Shown here one piece after another: positions 25,745 to 38,640 of a DNA stretch of 64,000 bases (its first letter is position 1; each line of letters opens with the position of its first letter). The stretch lies in contig OZ076413.1 in assembly GCA_964187785.1 (NCBI GenBank), positions 37,014,001 through 37,078,000 on the forward strand. Direction: 5' to 3'. The notes beneath the pieces were generated by a model. That model saw nothing but the letters and a program-made list of their open reading frames with translations, was not told the origin of the DNA and ran no database searches. Origin of the DNA: Amphiscolops sp. MND2022. Lineage: Eukaryota. Both the position numbers and the translations under genes were made by a program.

Positions 25745-28251
25745 ATGGGACCACCGAATTGCAGGAAAACCAGAGACCAGCAGACACCACGAAAAGAATA
25801 TGCCAATTGGGGATATAAATCTCCCACAGCAACTTCTCCTGGTGAGTTCATTTAATTTTTCCAGTTTGCAGTATTTGAGATTTGTAAAAGTTTTTGATCA
25901 AAGGGAATTTGATTTGCTTAGCTGCTCAATTTCTTTTGAAGCAATCCTGCTTCCGGTTTGATCGTGAGATATTTCCGTTTGGTTTGTCAACTTCCGTTAA
26001 CCGCGTCCGGCTTTCGTTGTTGTTTGAAACAGAAAAAGCTCACTTGGTTCTTCCTTCATTCGTATTTGAGTTCAGGCAAATTTGTTTCAGTTGAACTCGG
26101 ATCCACGCAGAAGTCACCGGCTAGAACCCCTACCAAGACGTATATTCCTCTTGAAACCCCTGCTGTTACTGCTGAAGAATCCCCTACGTCTGCTGCTACT
26201 GCTTCCAATAATCATCCGGAGACAAACCAAGTTACCGCCAAGACCCCACGTGAAATCATCCAATCAAACGAGGTGGGTGGATCCACGAATGCTGACGGAA
26301 TAACTCAGGAGGTTTAGAACGTTCACGAGACATCTCTGTCTCCAGGGGTACTCGCTATTCAAGAAACGACTTTTGAAGAGAGAAGGGACACTGCTGGAAA
26401 TTCGAAGGGTGACGTCAACCCTTTACTCCCGGACTTGTCGTCGATGGCGGTGAATGATACGTTCATTCAAGACATTTCTGCAGCCGCTAATGCACTTAAC
26501 TCTTGTGCGACTACTTCTTCACCCTTCTCCTCCTTCCTACGTCGTGATTGCAATGTCGAAGAGAACATAGGGAATCCGCAAGATGCTGAGACTAAGTCTT
26601 CAACTGAAACTCCAATGTTAGAGACCCCTATTGGTAGTCCAATAACTTCCAGGGGGCCCCGATTACGATGAAAGAGGAAGCGTCCCAAATGGTCATTAAC
26701 AGGAGGGAGGTTTCTAGCGATAACAAACGTTCTGGGGAGAATGAAACCCTCAATCTTTGCTAAATGATTTTGACACGGCAACAATCAGTAGCTTCACTTT
26801 CAATTTGATTAAAGACCCACCTGAGTCTCCTACTAAAAGAATTATCAGAAGAGAAACAGAAGGAGCAGATAACCAAAACTTGGGCGAACTACTGACATAT
26901 TCTAGTTGCGAAGATGTTCCTGCACCAGGAGGAAACGACGTAGACCCGAGTATTCACTAAGGACCCATGTGATGAGGAAACACACTGTACTCAAATTTAT
27001 TGTAACAGGACCCATTGATCGACAACAAAAAACGCCGTATAAATGGCGGTGTCGCGTATGTAGGGTGGAACTGTCACTCACGAACAGAGGCGTTTTAGAA
27101 TTGCTCTCTCACTTTAGAAATGATTCCCATTTGATTAAGGAACACCGGATCAGATCAGAGATACCAGGAATGCCATTGTACGACCGTCATGAAAAGTTCT
27201 CACGAGTATTGCACTGCAAGAGGCCAAAAAGGTAGGAAAAGAGACATTCCCAATTGCGCAGCAGCTTGACGGCTGCCGATTGTTGGTCCGATTGTTCCCC
27301 GGGAATAGTCAAGAATCGACTTTCAGCTGGAGTCGCGAACGTTTATTTGTAGGTACACTTATGCTTCTTTGTAAACATTACAGTTACTGATTAGGCTAAT
27401 AACAGTTTTAATTCCAGGCTATAATCGTCTTCATGTTTCGTGAACTTATGCAACACAGCGTAACTTCCGTGTCTGCAGTTGGAACATATTCTCTATCTTT
27501 CCAAAGCAATCAGTTTGAGACTCATGTCTTTGCAAATTTCTGGGCCGGTCACGTGTTTTATCAAGTGTGCCTCGGATCAGGTCCCGCGGGACACTTATTC
27601 CAAAGAAAATGATGGGAGTTGTATCTTCATTTCTGAGCTTGTTTGAAAGTCATTCATCATGTGTATGCCTCGTGGATTGCCCCGACAGACTCACCACTTG
27701 TTTCAACACATCTTTACCTGGTAACCTGCGCCCTACTTCCGTCAATAGTTTTGGGACCAATGAGCTAGAACGTTGTTTGGCACTGCCTACATCTCGCATC
27801 CTTGAGAGGCAGGACTATCGAACAATTCTAGACTTTCTCCTCATGAAGTTGCGCACAGCCCTGGGCAGGGATTGGCTTCAAAGCTTATTAACGCTTCATA
27901 AGGTATGAAATTAACTGCTTGGTATTAGTTTTAATTCCTTTCTGGATTTATGAACACATATGTTTTGTAGTGCGTGATGGATCTCTTGTATACCCCGAAG
28001 AAAGCCTCAGTTTTGATTGAGACCTTGTCGACTCATTGGGACAAAGTTCTTGACCACCTTAACCGAGTATCCAGACTTCCATCTTACAGATTTCACATGC
28101 GAGAAGTTCGTATCATTCCCCTAATTTTCTGATTCTGGAGTTTATGACATTCCCAATTGTAATAATCAAATTTCTGTTATAGCCCAACACCCTCGACGAG
28201 TGTTTTCGGCTCGATACTGCCTATTTGGCAAGGCTTTTTATCATTCAATAA
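25745..28251 (+). pseudogene. Gypsy-2 antisense cargo: S/T/P-rich N-terminus, BED-like C2H2 finger, hAT-like remnant; spliced
   Basis: WRCRVCRVELSLTNRGVLELLSHFRNDSHLIKEHR aligns with the Gypsy-1 cargo finger. GT-AG introns 25842-26090, 27903-27970 and 28106-28182 keep frame; 27353-27417 is uncertain. Confidence 0.65.
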
Positions 28252-31200
28252 TGAGTTCTGCTTGCAATGGGGTATTTTCGGAATTTTCTGGGATTTTGAG
28301 TTTGTAAATCTGGTGTCTTTTCTTTTGTGGTTTTTTGGGAGATTTTTGTTTCATTATCATGAATTTCTTGTGGTATTTCCTCATGATTTTCTTCTTCGCT
28401 TTCAGTGGGCTGTTCCACTGAGCTCCCCCCACTATTTTGTGGAAATTTGGGGGAGAGAGGGTGGTTATTTTCAGGTCCTTCAACAGGTACATATTCGATA
28501 TCATCAGTAGTTTGTGTATAATCTGGAGGGCTAACCTCAAAGGGGATAGGCCCAAAATTTGTGTTCCATGATTGGGCATATAAGTCATCATGTGTCACTG
28601 GCATTTGATCATCTTTTTGCCAATCAGATTCTCGTACAAAAATGTCGGCTAAAGGTGCTTGCGGTGTGAAGTTTCTCAACCTGATTCTTTGTAAAAGTTG
28701 TGTTTTATTTGTTCCAAGTCTCCTAACTATTTAATTATTATAAGGAAGAACTTTCTCGACTTTGTAAGGACCGTGCCATCTAAATTCCCGAAATGGGATT
28801 TTCGTTGCTTGTGTGTCAGCCTTCGAATTTAAGATGTAACAGTAATCTGTTGTTTCTAGCGGTGATGCTTTTGCTTTCCTATCGTAATATGCTTTGTATT
28901 TTAGATAGGATTGCATTATGTTCTTTTTGGTCTGGTCTAATAGTATTTTCATTCTTCTTTGTATTTCTTCTGCAAGATCAGTTTGGGGTTGATTCTTCGG
29001 GTTGAGATTATATCCCAACTTCTAGTCTAGTATGTTGTGTGGTATGCGGCCGTGAAAAACTCGAGAGGGCTCGCAACCAAGTGATGCATGATATGTTGTA
29101 TTGATTTAATACTGCTAACGGGAGGAATTAAAGCCAAATATGACGGAATTCTCCAGTTGCTGCTTTGAGTTGCGTTTTTACTGAAGCATGGGTTCTTTCC
29201 AGGAGTCCTATTGTTCGAGCATGCTTCATTGTTGCATGTTTAAGCTCAAAACCTAGGACAGCTGTAACTTCATGGGTTATTTGGGCATTAAATTGTGTGC
29301 CAAGATCTGCGATGATTGTTGTTGGAAGATAGGTATGTTTGCATTGGATGTCCATTATGACTCGAGCCACTGATGTTGCAGTGATGCGAGATACTGGGTA
29401 TGCAAACAGATATCGAGAGAAAACATCGATTGCGGTTATTATATGGTCGTATCCACCACTTTGTGGGAGGTTTGGTAGGATATCCATTTGAAGGATATCT
29501 TCAGGGCCGAGGTCCCATTCGGGGCAATTAAATAATTCGGCCCTGAGGAGGTCATTGTTGATTCTTTTGGTTTGTATGCAGGTTTGGCACTTACTAACCT
29601 ATTTTTTAATGTATTTTGCATTTTTGCAATACATGGGTAGTAGTATTTCTGCCTTACTTCTTGTATCATCTTCGTGATGCCTGGATGGTTCGAGTTATGA
29701 CCATGTAAGGCTCGGAGTAGTTCCTCAAGAAGTTCCATCGGCAGTAAAATCTGATAATGCGAAGTGGTTCCTGTGTCTGTATACTATTTGCGTGTCAGAA
29801 CCTCTTGTTTGATTTCGATTCTAATGATGTTTTGGAGATAGTGTTGGTATCTGTAGTTGGATGCCAAGTCGTTTTCGTCCAAGGGGTTACCTTCTATTTT
29901 GGCTCTCAGGTTCCTGAGGACGATGTCATTATTTTGTTCAAGTCTGATCCGTGCATTATCTAGGAAATGTCCTTCAGAGCAAGTGTTCAGAACTGATGTT
30001 GGTTTGTGGAAGTGTTGGAGTTCCGTGACGTTGTTTTCTGGTTCATTGTGTGTTTCAGTTTGAGCCTGATTTCTAAAATTTTGCTTTTCTTCTCAAAGCT
30101 TGTTTTCGTCAAATTCATCATCGGGAAGGATGTAGATCTGTTCTTCTTCTACTATACCTGATGATTGTATGTTAACTTCGATGGCTCTTGTTTGAATGTC
30201 GTTACGTATGCTCATTTCGAGTTTCTCGACTGGGTTAACTTCTGTTCTGGACAAGAAGTCCGCTGCGGTATTCATTGAACCAGGTAAATGGGCAATGATA
30301 AAATTGTACTGCAAGACATAATCACATGCGTTCCAAAGTGCTGGAGGAATCAGTTTTGCTTGAAAGAAGCGGGTCCCCGACCTGTTGTCTGTGAACACTA
30401 TGGCTGGGAAAGTGCTACCCCACATAAGGTGGCCAAATTCAACCAAAGCAAAGTAAATAGAAAGAAATTCTTTTGCATATATTGACAATTTTGTTTGCGT
30501 TGGATTCAACGTTTTAGAACCAAATGCTATGGGTGCAAATGTTTTACGTTTGGACCGGAGTTTTTGGTTAGGATCAACTTCTATCATGATAGCATATCCT
30601 GCTGCTGTAAAGCTTGCATCAGACATGACTATGAGTTGTTTGTCTTTGAGGGGTTGTCTCATGGCTAGTTGGCATGATTTTCGAGAAGTTTGTTGAGGTT
30701 GGTGAAATCATCTACCGAATTCGTGGGTATATAGAATTTGGAGGTTTCTTTGAGAGGTTTGAAGAATGGAGAGAGACGTTCAGAGAGTCTCGGGATGTAA
30801 TTGCGGTAATAGTTTAGGAATGCTATATACCTTTGGAGTCCTTTTTTGGATTTGGGGTATCTCATTTTCGACAAGAAATCTTTGATTTTGTCAGCTTGAG
30901 GGACCACGCCTGCGGGTGTAATTGTCGACCTAGGAAGTCGACTTGTTTGACTCCGAAGTGGCATTTGGACATTGTGAGTTTAAGACCTGCATTTCTGATG
31001 CATTCGAAAACTGTCCTAATGTTGGCACATAAGTGTTTTACATCGTTTGCTGCTATGCCGATGTCATCGACATATTGTGCACATTGGTCAGCTTTGATTG
31101 TCCTGTCAAGGTACTCTCTCATGAAGCTTGAGAAAGCAGAAAGAGATCTGCTAAGTCCTTGGGCAAGTCGTCGATAGGCGAAAGTTCGGCTTGCGAAGTT

Positions 31201-32672
31201 GAAGGCAAGCATCTGAATGGATTGGTAATCGGCCATTTGAAGGCAGTGGTAAGCCTGGGAGCAGTCTAATTTGCAATAAAGTTTCTTGCCTGCCATGTGT
31301 TGGGCTGCATCCGATAGTGTGCTTACCGGATGGATATTGTTAATGTAGTCTTCGGTGATTAAGTTGTTGATTTTCCGGAGGTCAACTAAGAGTCTGAGTT
31401 GTCCGTACGGTTTGCGGATTCGAAAAATTGGACTAGCGTATTTAGAAAAAGGTAGTGTTGTTGTGATTCCATAATTATGTAGAATTCGACTGTGATGTCA
31501 GCCTTAAGATTGATTGGTGTTGGCAAACTTTGGCTATATGCTGGTCTGTCATCGTTTGGTGTGAGCTTGAGCTTAATTCACGAATGGTGCCAAAGTCGAA
31601 TCGGTGTCTTGCAAAAATGTCGTGAAATTCAATGAGAACTTCTTCGATTTGTTTCCGCTCATCGGCGGTGAGGGTGGTGTCGGTCCAGTCGAAATTTTAG
31701 AGGAATGATTTTCTTGATTCTTCATTATCTTGAGGGTTGAGATGTTCGCGCTCTCTTAGTTCAAGGAGTTCATTGTAGATTCGTTGTTGGATTGGAGTAA
31801 TGTTGAAGGATCCCCTGGTTCTTCTGGTGTTGGGAACCAATAGGATTCTTGTTCAGGGTTTTGTGATGGAACTTTGAGGACTTCTAGTTCGTTTATGTAG
31901 ATTTCAGTTGTATCTTCATATTGTAACATGAATGATAACATTGCTGGGTCTACAGGTTGTATATGCTTGATTTGTTCTGGTGTGAGGATTTTGAAACCTG
32001 CTAAATGGGTATCACAGCTTATTGTATAAGGAAGTTCTGAAAAGTTGATTATTTGATACCCGATAGCATTATTATTGACCGTGCTTAGTGACGATGTGAT
32101 GAAAATGCTGTCGTGGTTCTCAAACTGCGGTGAAGGTGTGACTATTCCTGTTGCATCATGGTCCAACAGATGGGGCATTCTGCTTGCAATGGCAAGAGTT
32201 TCGCCTGGTTGTAGGGTGTACGTGTTTTCAGCAAACAATGGCGTTGCTTGACGCAATGTTACTTGCCTGTCTGGTTTTAATTGCATAGAAAGGTATGGAA
32301 AGGTTAAGATGCCTTGTGTGACATCAAGAACTGCATTGTTTCTGCGAAGGAAGCAGAGACCAATGAGTGGGTTTGGGAGGTTTTTCATGATAATGAAGTT
32401 TTCTCGTAACATGGAATCAGCCACTTCGAATTCGAGTAGTACTGTGCCAATTGCTACTTCAAATTGACCATTGGCCACCATAATTTGGAAATTAGCCGGT
32501 GGGCCAGTTTTTTTGCGCCATTGGCAATCAATTTGATTTTGTTAAGATCTTGTTCAGAAATGGCACTAGTCAGGGCTCCTGTGTTGATGAGTCCATCAAG
32601 TGTGAGTTTTTCGAAGTCTATTGGCAAATAGTACATGAAGCGTTTTCGTTTCAATGTTAGCGAGGTTGACAT
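28245..32672 (-). pseudogene. pol: Gypsy-2 pol (PR-RT-RNaseH-INT), frameshifted; protease active site reads INTGA
   Basis: LINTGA; KLDCSQAY and QYVDD (RT); SDAS..., KEFL, FTDN, ADFLSR (RNaseH); HNSNHPG, AIDVFSRY, ADLGTQF, LLERTH (INT). Confidence 0.97.
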
Positions 32673-33033
32673 GCGTAGGTATGACAGGTTGCGTTCCTGA
32701 TCAAACTTGATGTGGTTTGAGATGTCTTCATCTAGAAGGGGTTGTTTTTGTTCATTGCAAGAAAAGGTGCTCGGTGGTGAATTTCTGGTGATTTGTCTGT
32801 AGGTACGGGGGAGATTTGAATATTGTCTGGAAAATATTTATCGGGAGCAACTCTCATGAGTTCTTAATATTATTCCTGTGGGGGTTCATCGTTGTCAGAG
32901 TGATTATGTATTTGAGGTGTGTAGTCTGGTTCTGTAGTCAGTTGTTTAAGTTGTATGTTTATTGTATGCTGCCAGTCGTCTTGTGGTATTGTAGTTGTTA
33001 TTTGGGCGTTTTGGTTGTTAAGGCGTGGCGGTT

Positions 33034-34725
33034 CTAGTTTGAATCCTTGGAAGATGATTGTTGAGGTCGTTCTATTTTTAGTTTTATGGGTTTTCGAGCT
33101 TGTTTAAAGGCTTCGATAACTTTCTTTTGGGCATCAGCGAAATTCCACTTAGGTAGGCGGTTTTCCATATTAGCGCCGAAATAGCAATTTTCTTCTTCAT
33201 GACCTGGTGTATTGCAGTTTTTACATTTTTCGGCATCCGGGTCTTCTTCGAGTTTACGCCGTTTTGCTAGTTTAGGACAACCAGTCATCATATGTCCAGT
33301 ATCTTTGCAATAACGGCACTGGTCACTTTTGAGTGTCTTGTTAGGTACTGTTTTTGGAGTCTGAGCTTTAGACTTCTCATTTTGTTTTTTAGTTGCTTTT
33401 TCAGCATTTTGTTCTTTTTTGGTGACGGCCTATTGGGTCTTGACCGGGGGTACGTCTGCATCAAAACCGTTTAGTTCCATCTCCCTCTCAAGATGTTTTA
33501 CAATCCGGTCGTATGATCCGTTCTCGAGATAAGCTTGGTTGATGGACCTTTCAAGGTGTGGTGGCATCATTGCATAGAGTAAATTCTCTAGCATTTGGTG
33601 TGCGTTATCTCCAAATGCTTTTTCTGCACTTTCTTGGAGTTCCGCTAGAAAGTCCGGTAGCTTTTGATTTTCGGAATCAAAGAATAGTCTATTGAATCTG
33701 TGCTTTGCTGAGGCACTAGATTCCGGTTTTACATATTTTCTGCGAAAGAATTTTAGTTTATCTTTCACAGTTGTGGTTGGCGTTCTTTGTATGTTTTTGA
33801 ATGTTTTTAGAGCCAAACCCCTGAGGTGAGCATGAAAGTGGTTAATTTCCATTTCCTCAGTTAGATTCGGCTGCATTCTAAGCGTTGTATGGAACAAGTC
33901 TTCGAAGTATTCGAATTTCTCATTTTTCTCATTTTTTCCAATGAATGTTAGTGTGTTTTTGGGGTGGAAAAGTGATTGTTGGGGGTTTTTATTTGCCAGT
34001 TTTTCTATTGCAAGTGCAATTTGGTTGACTGGGTCGAGGGGTTTGTTTGTCACTGTTGACGCTGTTTGGTCTGCGTGGGATCCAAGTGTATCATTTAATG
34101 ACTGAGGATTTTGCGAGCTCTGTGTTTGGAGTTGTCGGTTAGCTCCTGTCACCATGTGATAATCCTCCTCATCGGAGTCCTCATTTGAAACGATTGTTTC
34201 GTTTATATTTGGTATGTTTTGATGAACTGGTCTAGCAGGATTCCTAAGTTCATGCATTTCTGAGGCCGTTAAGGGATGGACATCTTCGTCTTCTGTATCT
34301 GAGTTTTCTATGTTAGATGCGTGAACTGCATTAGACCTAGTACTTTTGGATCCCGAAGGTTGAGAGTTTAGTATTCCGTCAATATCAGATCTCGGATTTG
34401 TTATTGTTGATGTTGTTTTGTTTGTTCTTATTTCTTTCAAAATTGCATCAAACTTGTTTTTCATCTCCTCTCTCATTTTCATTATCCTGTCATTGTTCTT
34501 TTGTTCAAAGTTTTCTGTCCAAACTTGGATCTCGTTACTGATCTGGCTAGGTTCTACCAGATTAGATCTGTTTTCGTTTTCACCTAATGGTTCCTGAATA
34601 ACAGTACTAACATTAGATAAAGTTTCATTACCTTGCATTGATGTATCTACTTGTTACTCGCTCAATTCTCGGTCAGGTGATGGTGTTTCATGTCTTCTAG
34701 ATCTCCTGTTTCTCTTATTTCCCAT
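33034..34725 (-). pseudogene. gag: Gypsy-2 gag with two CCHC knuckles; starts 571 nt inside the 5' LTR
   Basis: ATG at 34725; in-frame TAA at codon 24 (GCA in the other LTR); CRYCKDTGHMMTGC and CKNCNTPGHEEENC. Confidence 0.9.
34141..34154 (-). promoter_or_regulatory. Primer-binding site TGGTGACAGGAGCT (tRNA-Leu-like is an inference)
   Basis: Directly follows the LTR end ...TATCACA on the minus strand and starts with TGG. Confidence 0.8.
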
Positions 34726-35781
34726 TGTTCTCAAGTGAAAATGTGTTGGGTTTGCTGGGGAAGAATTTGAATTTATTCAAAAGGATTTGAGGAAAGAACT
34801 TGAAAAGATTGAACAAGGGTTGATTGCACAACTGTTTTACAATATTTAGGTGTATGTTATCAACAACTGCTTCTGACGATGGTTATTCCGATGAATGATT
34901 GAGTTCGTTCTAAACTTTTATGTCTCGAGGAAAAAGACAGAGGTTACACTCATAATTATGGGTGTCATGGTCCCCAAAATATATAAAAAGAATTACGTCA
35001 TATGCCGTAATCCTATTTATAGCTCCAAATATACATTACATTTCAAGCAGAAACAAGTATTCTACAACTACATCAAAAACCTTGGAAATCCGCACAGTAA
35101 TGTATATGCGCTTTTATTTTCCGCATATTGACGCATATTTACTTTGCAACAATGGTATAGCGCCGTATGATTAATATCGTGGAAAACCGCATGTTGGCGT
35201 ATGTGCGCCGGCGATTTTCCGCATAGTGACGTATAAATATCACTATATCACTGTATGAAGGAAAATACTGATTTCCGCATACTGCCGTATAAGCGGTAAC
35301 AAATTTCTGCATAGGGCAGTATATACGTCTGGAAATTTCCGCATATTACCACATAATGACTATTTGAAAACAGCACAATGAAGTATATTCAATTTCACAA
35401 TTTCGTACAGTGACGCATGTCTAATGTTCAGAAAAGTCACGTATTAATCTGATACCAATTTCCATTCAAAAAACGATTCGAATTCACTAAAATGAGTCAT
35501 CAGATTGGGTTACGATTAAAGGCAAAGCATCAAGGAAGCACTTATGATAGTGGTATCTCAATTCGCTGTCACCATTTGCGCATCAAAAGGAGGAAAATAC
35601 AAAATCAAATATTTACATGACATAAAACCACAGCCAGAACAAATAATGAGACATAAAAAAAGGGCGGTTTAGATAGTTTGTAAAGTTTATTTAGGGCAAG
35701 TTTTGTCTCTTTGGGCTGCATCAGTTCTTCTCTTTTTTCATTCTTGCACAACAGGTCCAGAGCACCCATGAGGCTGCGACA
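34155..35781 (-). repeat. Gypsy-2 5' LTR (1627 bp)
   Basis: TG..CA termini, PBS adjacent, TSD adjacent. Confidence 0.95.
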
Positions 35782-36014
35782 CTTGTAGACATTTACGGCT
35801 TCAAATTGCCGCCAAACGTTGATGATACGTTCAAGCAGCTTGATAAAAATTGATGACAACATAGAAATATTAACGCGTTAAAATTTCCGTAAGAGTTTTA
35901 GAAGATCAATAAAAGTTGCTGGCAATTTTGAAGAATATGTGAAAAGTTCAAGCATGTTCAAGCAACTAGCGTGACCCAAGTATACTTAAAAAAATGTCAT
36001 TCAGAAAAACTTAC

Positions 36015-37910
36015 CCTTAAGGTTGACTGGTTTGACGAATAGTTCGACTTGAAGCCATGTGTTGCTGACGAGGTCTGTGTCCTTACGCACTGTGAATTGT
36101 AGCTGCTGGTTGAACTTGATAAGCACCGAGGAATCAGCGACTGGCAGGCTTCGAGTGCTTTTCACCTTCACATCTTTCTCGCCTTTCTTGAGAGCAACCC
36201 GCACGTAACAGCAGAAAACGGCAGCTGAATTCACAACAGCACTGTTCTTGTTACAACAGAGAGGTCAAATCCTGAGCTAATACCTTCCATGCAAATCATT
36301 TTTGATAGACTATTCCCTGCTCGAGAAAAAACATATTGTAACGTCACCCTGTGATCAACGAAGTTATTGGAATTTTTTTGAAAAATTCGTTCAAACGTGA
36401 CGTGGCACTCAAACATGGATTCACAAAGTACCTGACCGCAAAATTCATAGAGAGACGGCAGAAGCAGTGTCCCGCAAAGCGGAAAAAAATCGAAAACGTA
36501 CAAGAACTCGGTATGCGCTAAAGCCCACGGCCAGAGTTTATCCACAGAACAGCATGACGGCGTGATTGCAATATTCATGCCCGGTGTTGTGCCCAGCTCG
36601 AGCGCTGGTACCATGCCATCCAGAAACCCACACGATTCGCCGAACTGGACTTTAATACTTTATTGCAGTGTTTACCCAATTTGTTTGATGAATTATTAGC
36701 TCGAGGGCTACCTCTGTAGATGCTATTTACATCAGATTCCCATATGGAGAATTTCAGTTCTATGCAACCTTGTCCTTTTTATAGGCTATTTACGCAGTGT
36801 ACGAGAGGAAAAGCGTAATTCCTGTGACTTTTAGCAATAACAGACTGGAATCAGGTCCTAGAAGACGGTTCCCCTCCTCGGGACCGGCTATTTTCAGGAG
36901 GACAAAATGGTCTGGCGTTATGGTGGTTTGTCCGGGACCACAGCCATGGCGCTAGTTCCTCCAATCCATTGTTTCGTCCTAAACGCTTAGCACTTTCCGT
37001 AACAAGGAACCTCATTTTTTGGCGATCACAGAGGGATTGTCTTTGGGAAGCTTTCCTGAACGGTTATTAAAAATCTGACCCTCCGGTGTTTGGCGCCAAG
37101 ACAGGTTTGACTCTGTGGGAGAAGCCAGAGTTTTGCTTATATTTTAGCGTTCACACGTATTCTTCGCTGCTGGAACGAAAGAAACCCAAAAAAACCGGAA
37201 AAAAGTGCGTTTTCAGGTGAGATGATGGCATTTTTGGGCACACAAAACAGTAAATGCTTGCTTTGTGATGTTGAGATGTGTTAACTCATCAGCGGGTATG
37301 TGTTTGGTAGGTAGTAGTTACCGTAGCACGTGGCTACGGGTGTTTAACCGGTGCTCTTCTAGCTATTTTAAGCATTTTGAGCTATGTCTGACAGGTACTG
37401 CTGGAGGAAAATCCATACTCCACCAGAGCGAAGGGGGTACGAAATGGAGCGTCATGGTTCGTTGTTTCCCATTTCTCGAGGAGACGTCCGGGAGGGATGA
37501 TTTTTGGTGAACGGCGAGTACAAGTCTTGTCGGTGCTAACGGTCGACACCGCAAGTCTCTAGCTAATCTAGATGTGGAGAAATTGCGTGGCAAAGGCACA
37601 CCTCTAAGTCCAATGTATCATTGCCAAAACTGTAGCGAAAGTAGCCTCGAGCACTGAGGGATCTGGGAAAAACAGTTGAACGTTCCCGTAGCTCTTTTAG
37701 AAAAGTTGAACTTTTCATTGAAAAAGTGCGAAAATTGGGAAAAAAGGTGTGACTAGGTGTAAGAGCCTGGGGCACCGCTGCAAAGTAGTCTCCCAAGCGA
37801 AACACGACCCAGGGTACTGGAATTAGCTTCTCTAAGCCGTTTTGCTGTTGTTGAAGCCGAAAGTAGGCAAAAATCTTGTAATTTCGGCCGCTTTGGGTCT
37901 TGGAGAGCAC
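36015..37910 (-). pseudogene. Upstream part of synaptotagmin-like tandem-C2 gene, disrupted by stops and frameshifts
   Basis: CYVRVALKKGEKDVKVKSTR...FNQQLQFTV...LQVELF (C2B core). GCIELKFSIW and LLLPSLYEFCGQV (C2A-like). Donor G|GTAAGT at 36014. Confidence 0.5.
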
Positions 37911-38149
37911 ATTGTTAAAAGCTCACCAAAAACAACCTTTAACTGCACGAGAGAGCTCGTGTGCTCTCATTTTCTCTTTTTATAGTAAAAATACCGCATG
38001 ATGGTGAAAACCGCGTGCAAATATTCCCATTCAGTGCCAAGGAAAATGGAAAAACGCACTGAAATTGACCAAATTTCCACAAAACCGGACTGTCCAAGTG
38101 TTAGGGTCTGGTCATAGATTCCCGAACCCCATTACGATACATGTCCCGC

Positions 38150-38640
38150 AAAAGTGAAAAGTGATCACTTGGTGTAAATAGTATTTCGGGTAAAATAGTC
38201 AATACTGTAAATTGGTCAAAGACTGTAGTAATCCACTCGTGTAGTGGTGCAGCACAGTGTAATATGAACGCGGTGATTTCCAGTCAAAATGCGTAGTTAG
38301 TAAATAGTGTAAAACAGTGAAAATTTACAAGATAATTTAGTAAGGTGTAATTCAGTCAAAGTTTGATTAAATTCCACTTTTAATAAGGTATTCATTTACT
38401 AAACTACCGAAAAGTGTAAAGTAGTCAAAGTTTGACTAGTTTACGGCAATCTAATAATTGCTTCAAACACATATTTACATTGGATAGTTGCTTGGAGTTT
38501 AATTACTTTGACTAAATAACGCATTAACTTTGACTGAATTACGCGAATAAACTTTTAACGCATACGTACATTAACACATACAAACATACACCAAAGTTTA
38601 CATTGGATGACACATACATGCCTGATCATGCCAGTAAGCA
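38150..38640. repeat. AT-rich interspersed repeat; 38480-38600 is an inverted homolog of ~280-370 and ~2900-3000
   Basis: TTTGACTGAATTACGCGA...ACGCATACGTACATTAAC is the reverse complement of the window-start sequence. Confidence 0.7.

Larger units (their letters stand above)
21720..35781 (-). mobile_element. Gypsy-2: full-length (14,062 bp) Ty3/Gypsy LTR retrotransposon with two accessory genes
   Basis: Plus-strand ends TGTGAT...GCGACA. TSD CTTGT at 21715-21719 and 35782-35786. LTRs, PBS, and gag-PR-RT-RH-INT order present. Confidence 0.97.

Noticed and set aside
34955-34980. TGGGGACCATGACACCC (minus strand) as the PBS
   Set aside because: It lies inside both LTR copies; the TSD and TG..CA ends put the real boundary at 34155.
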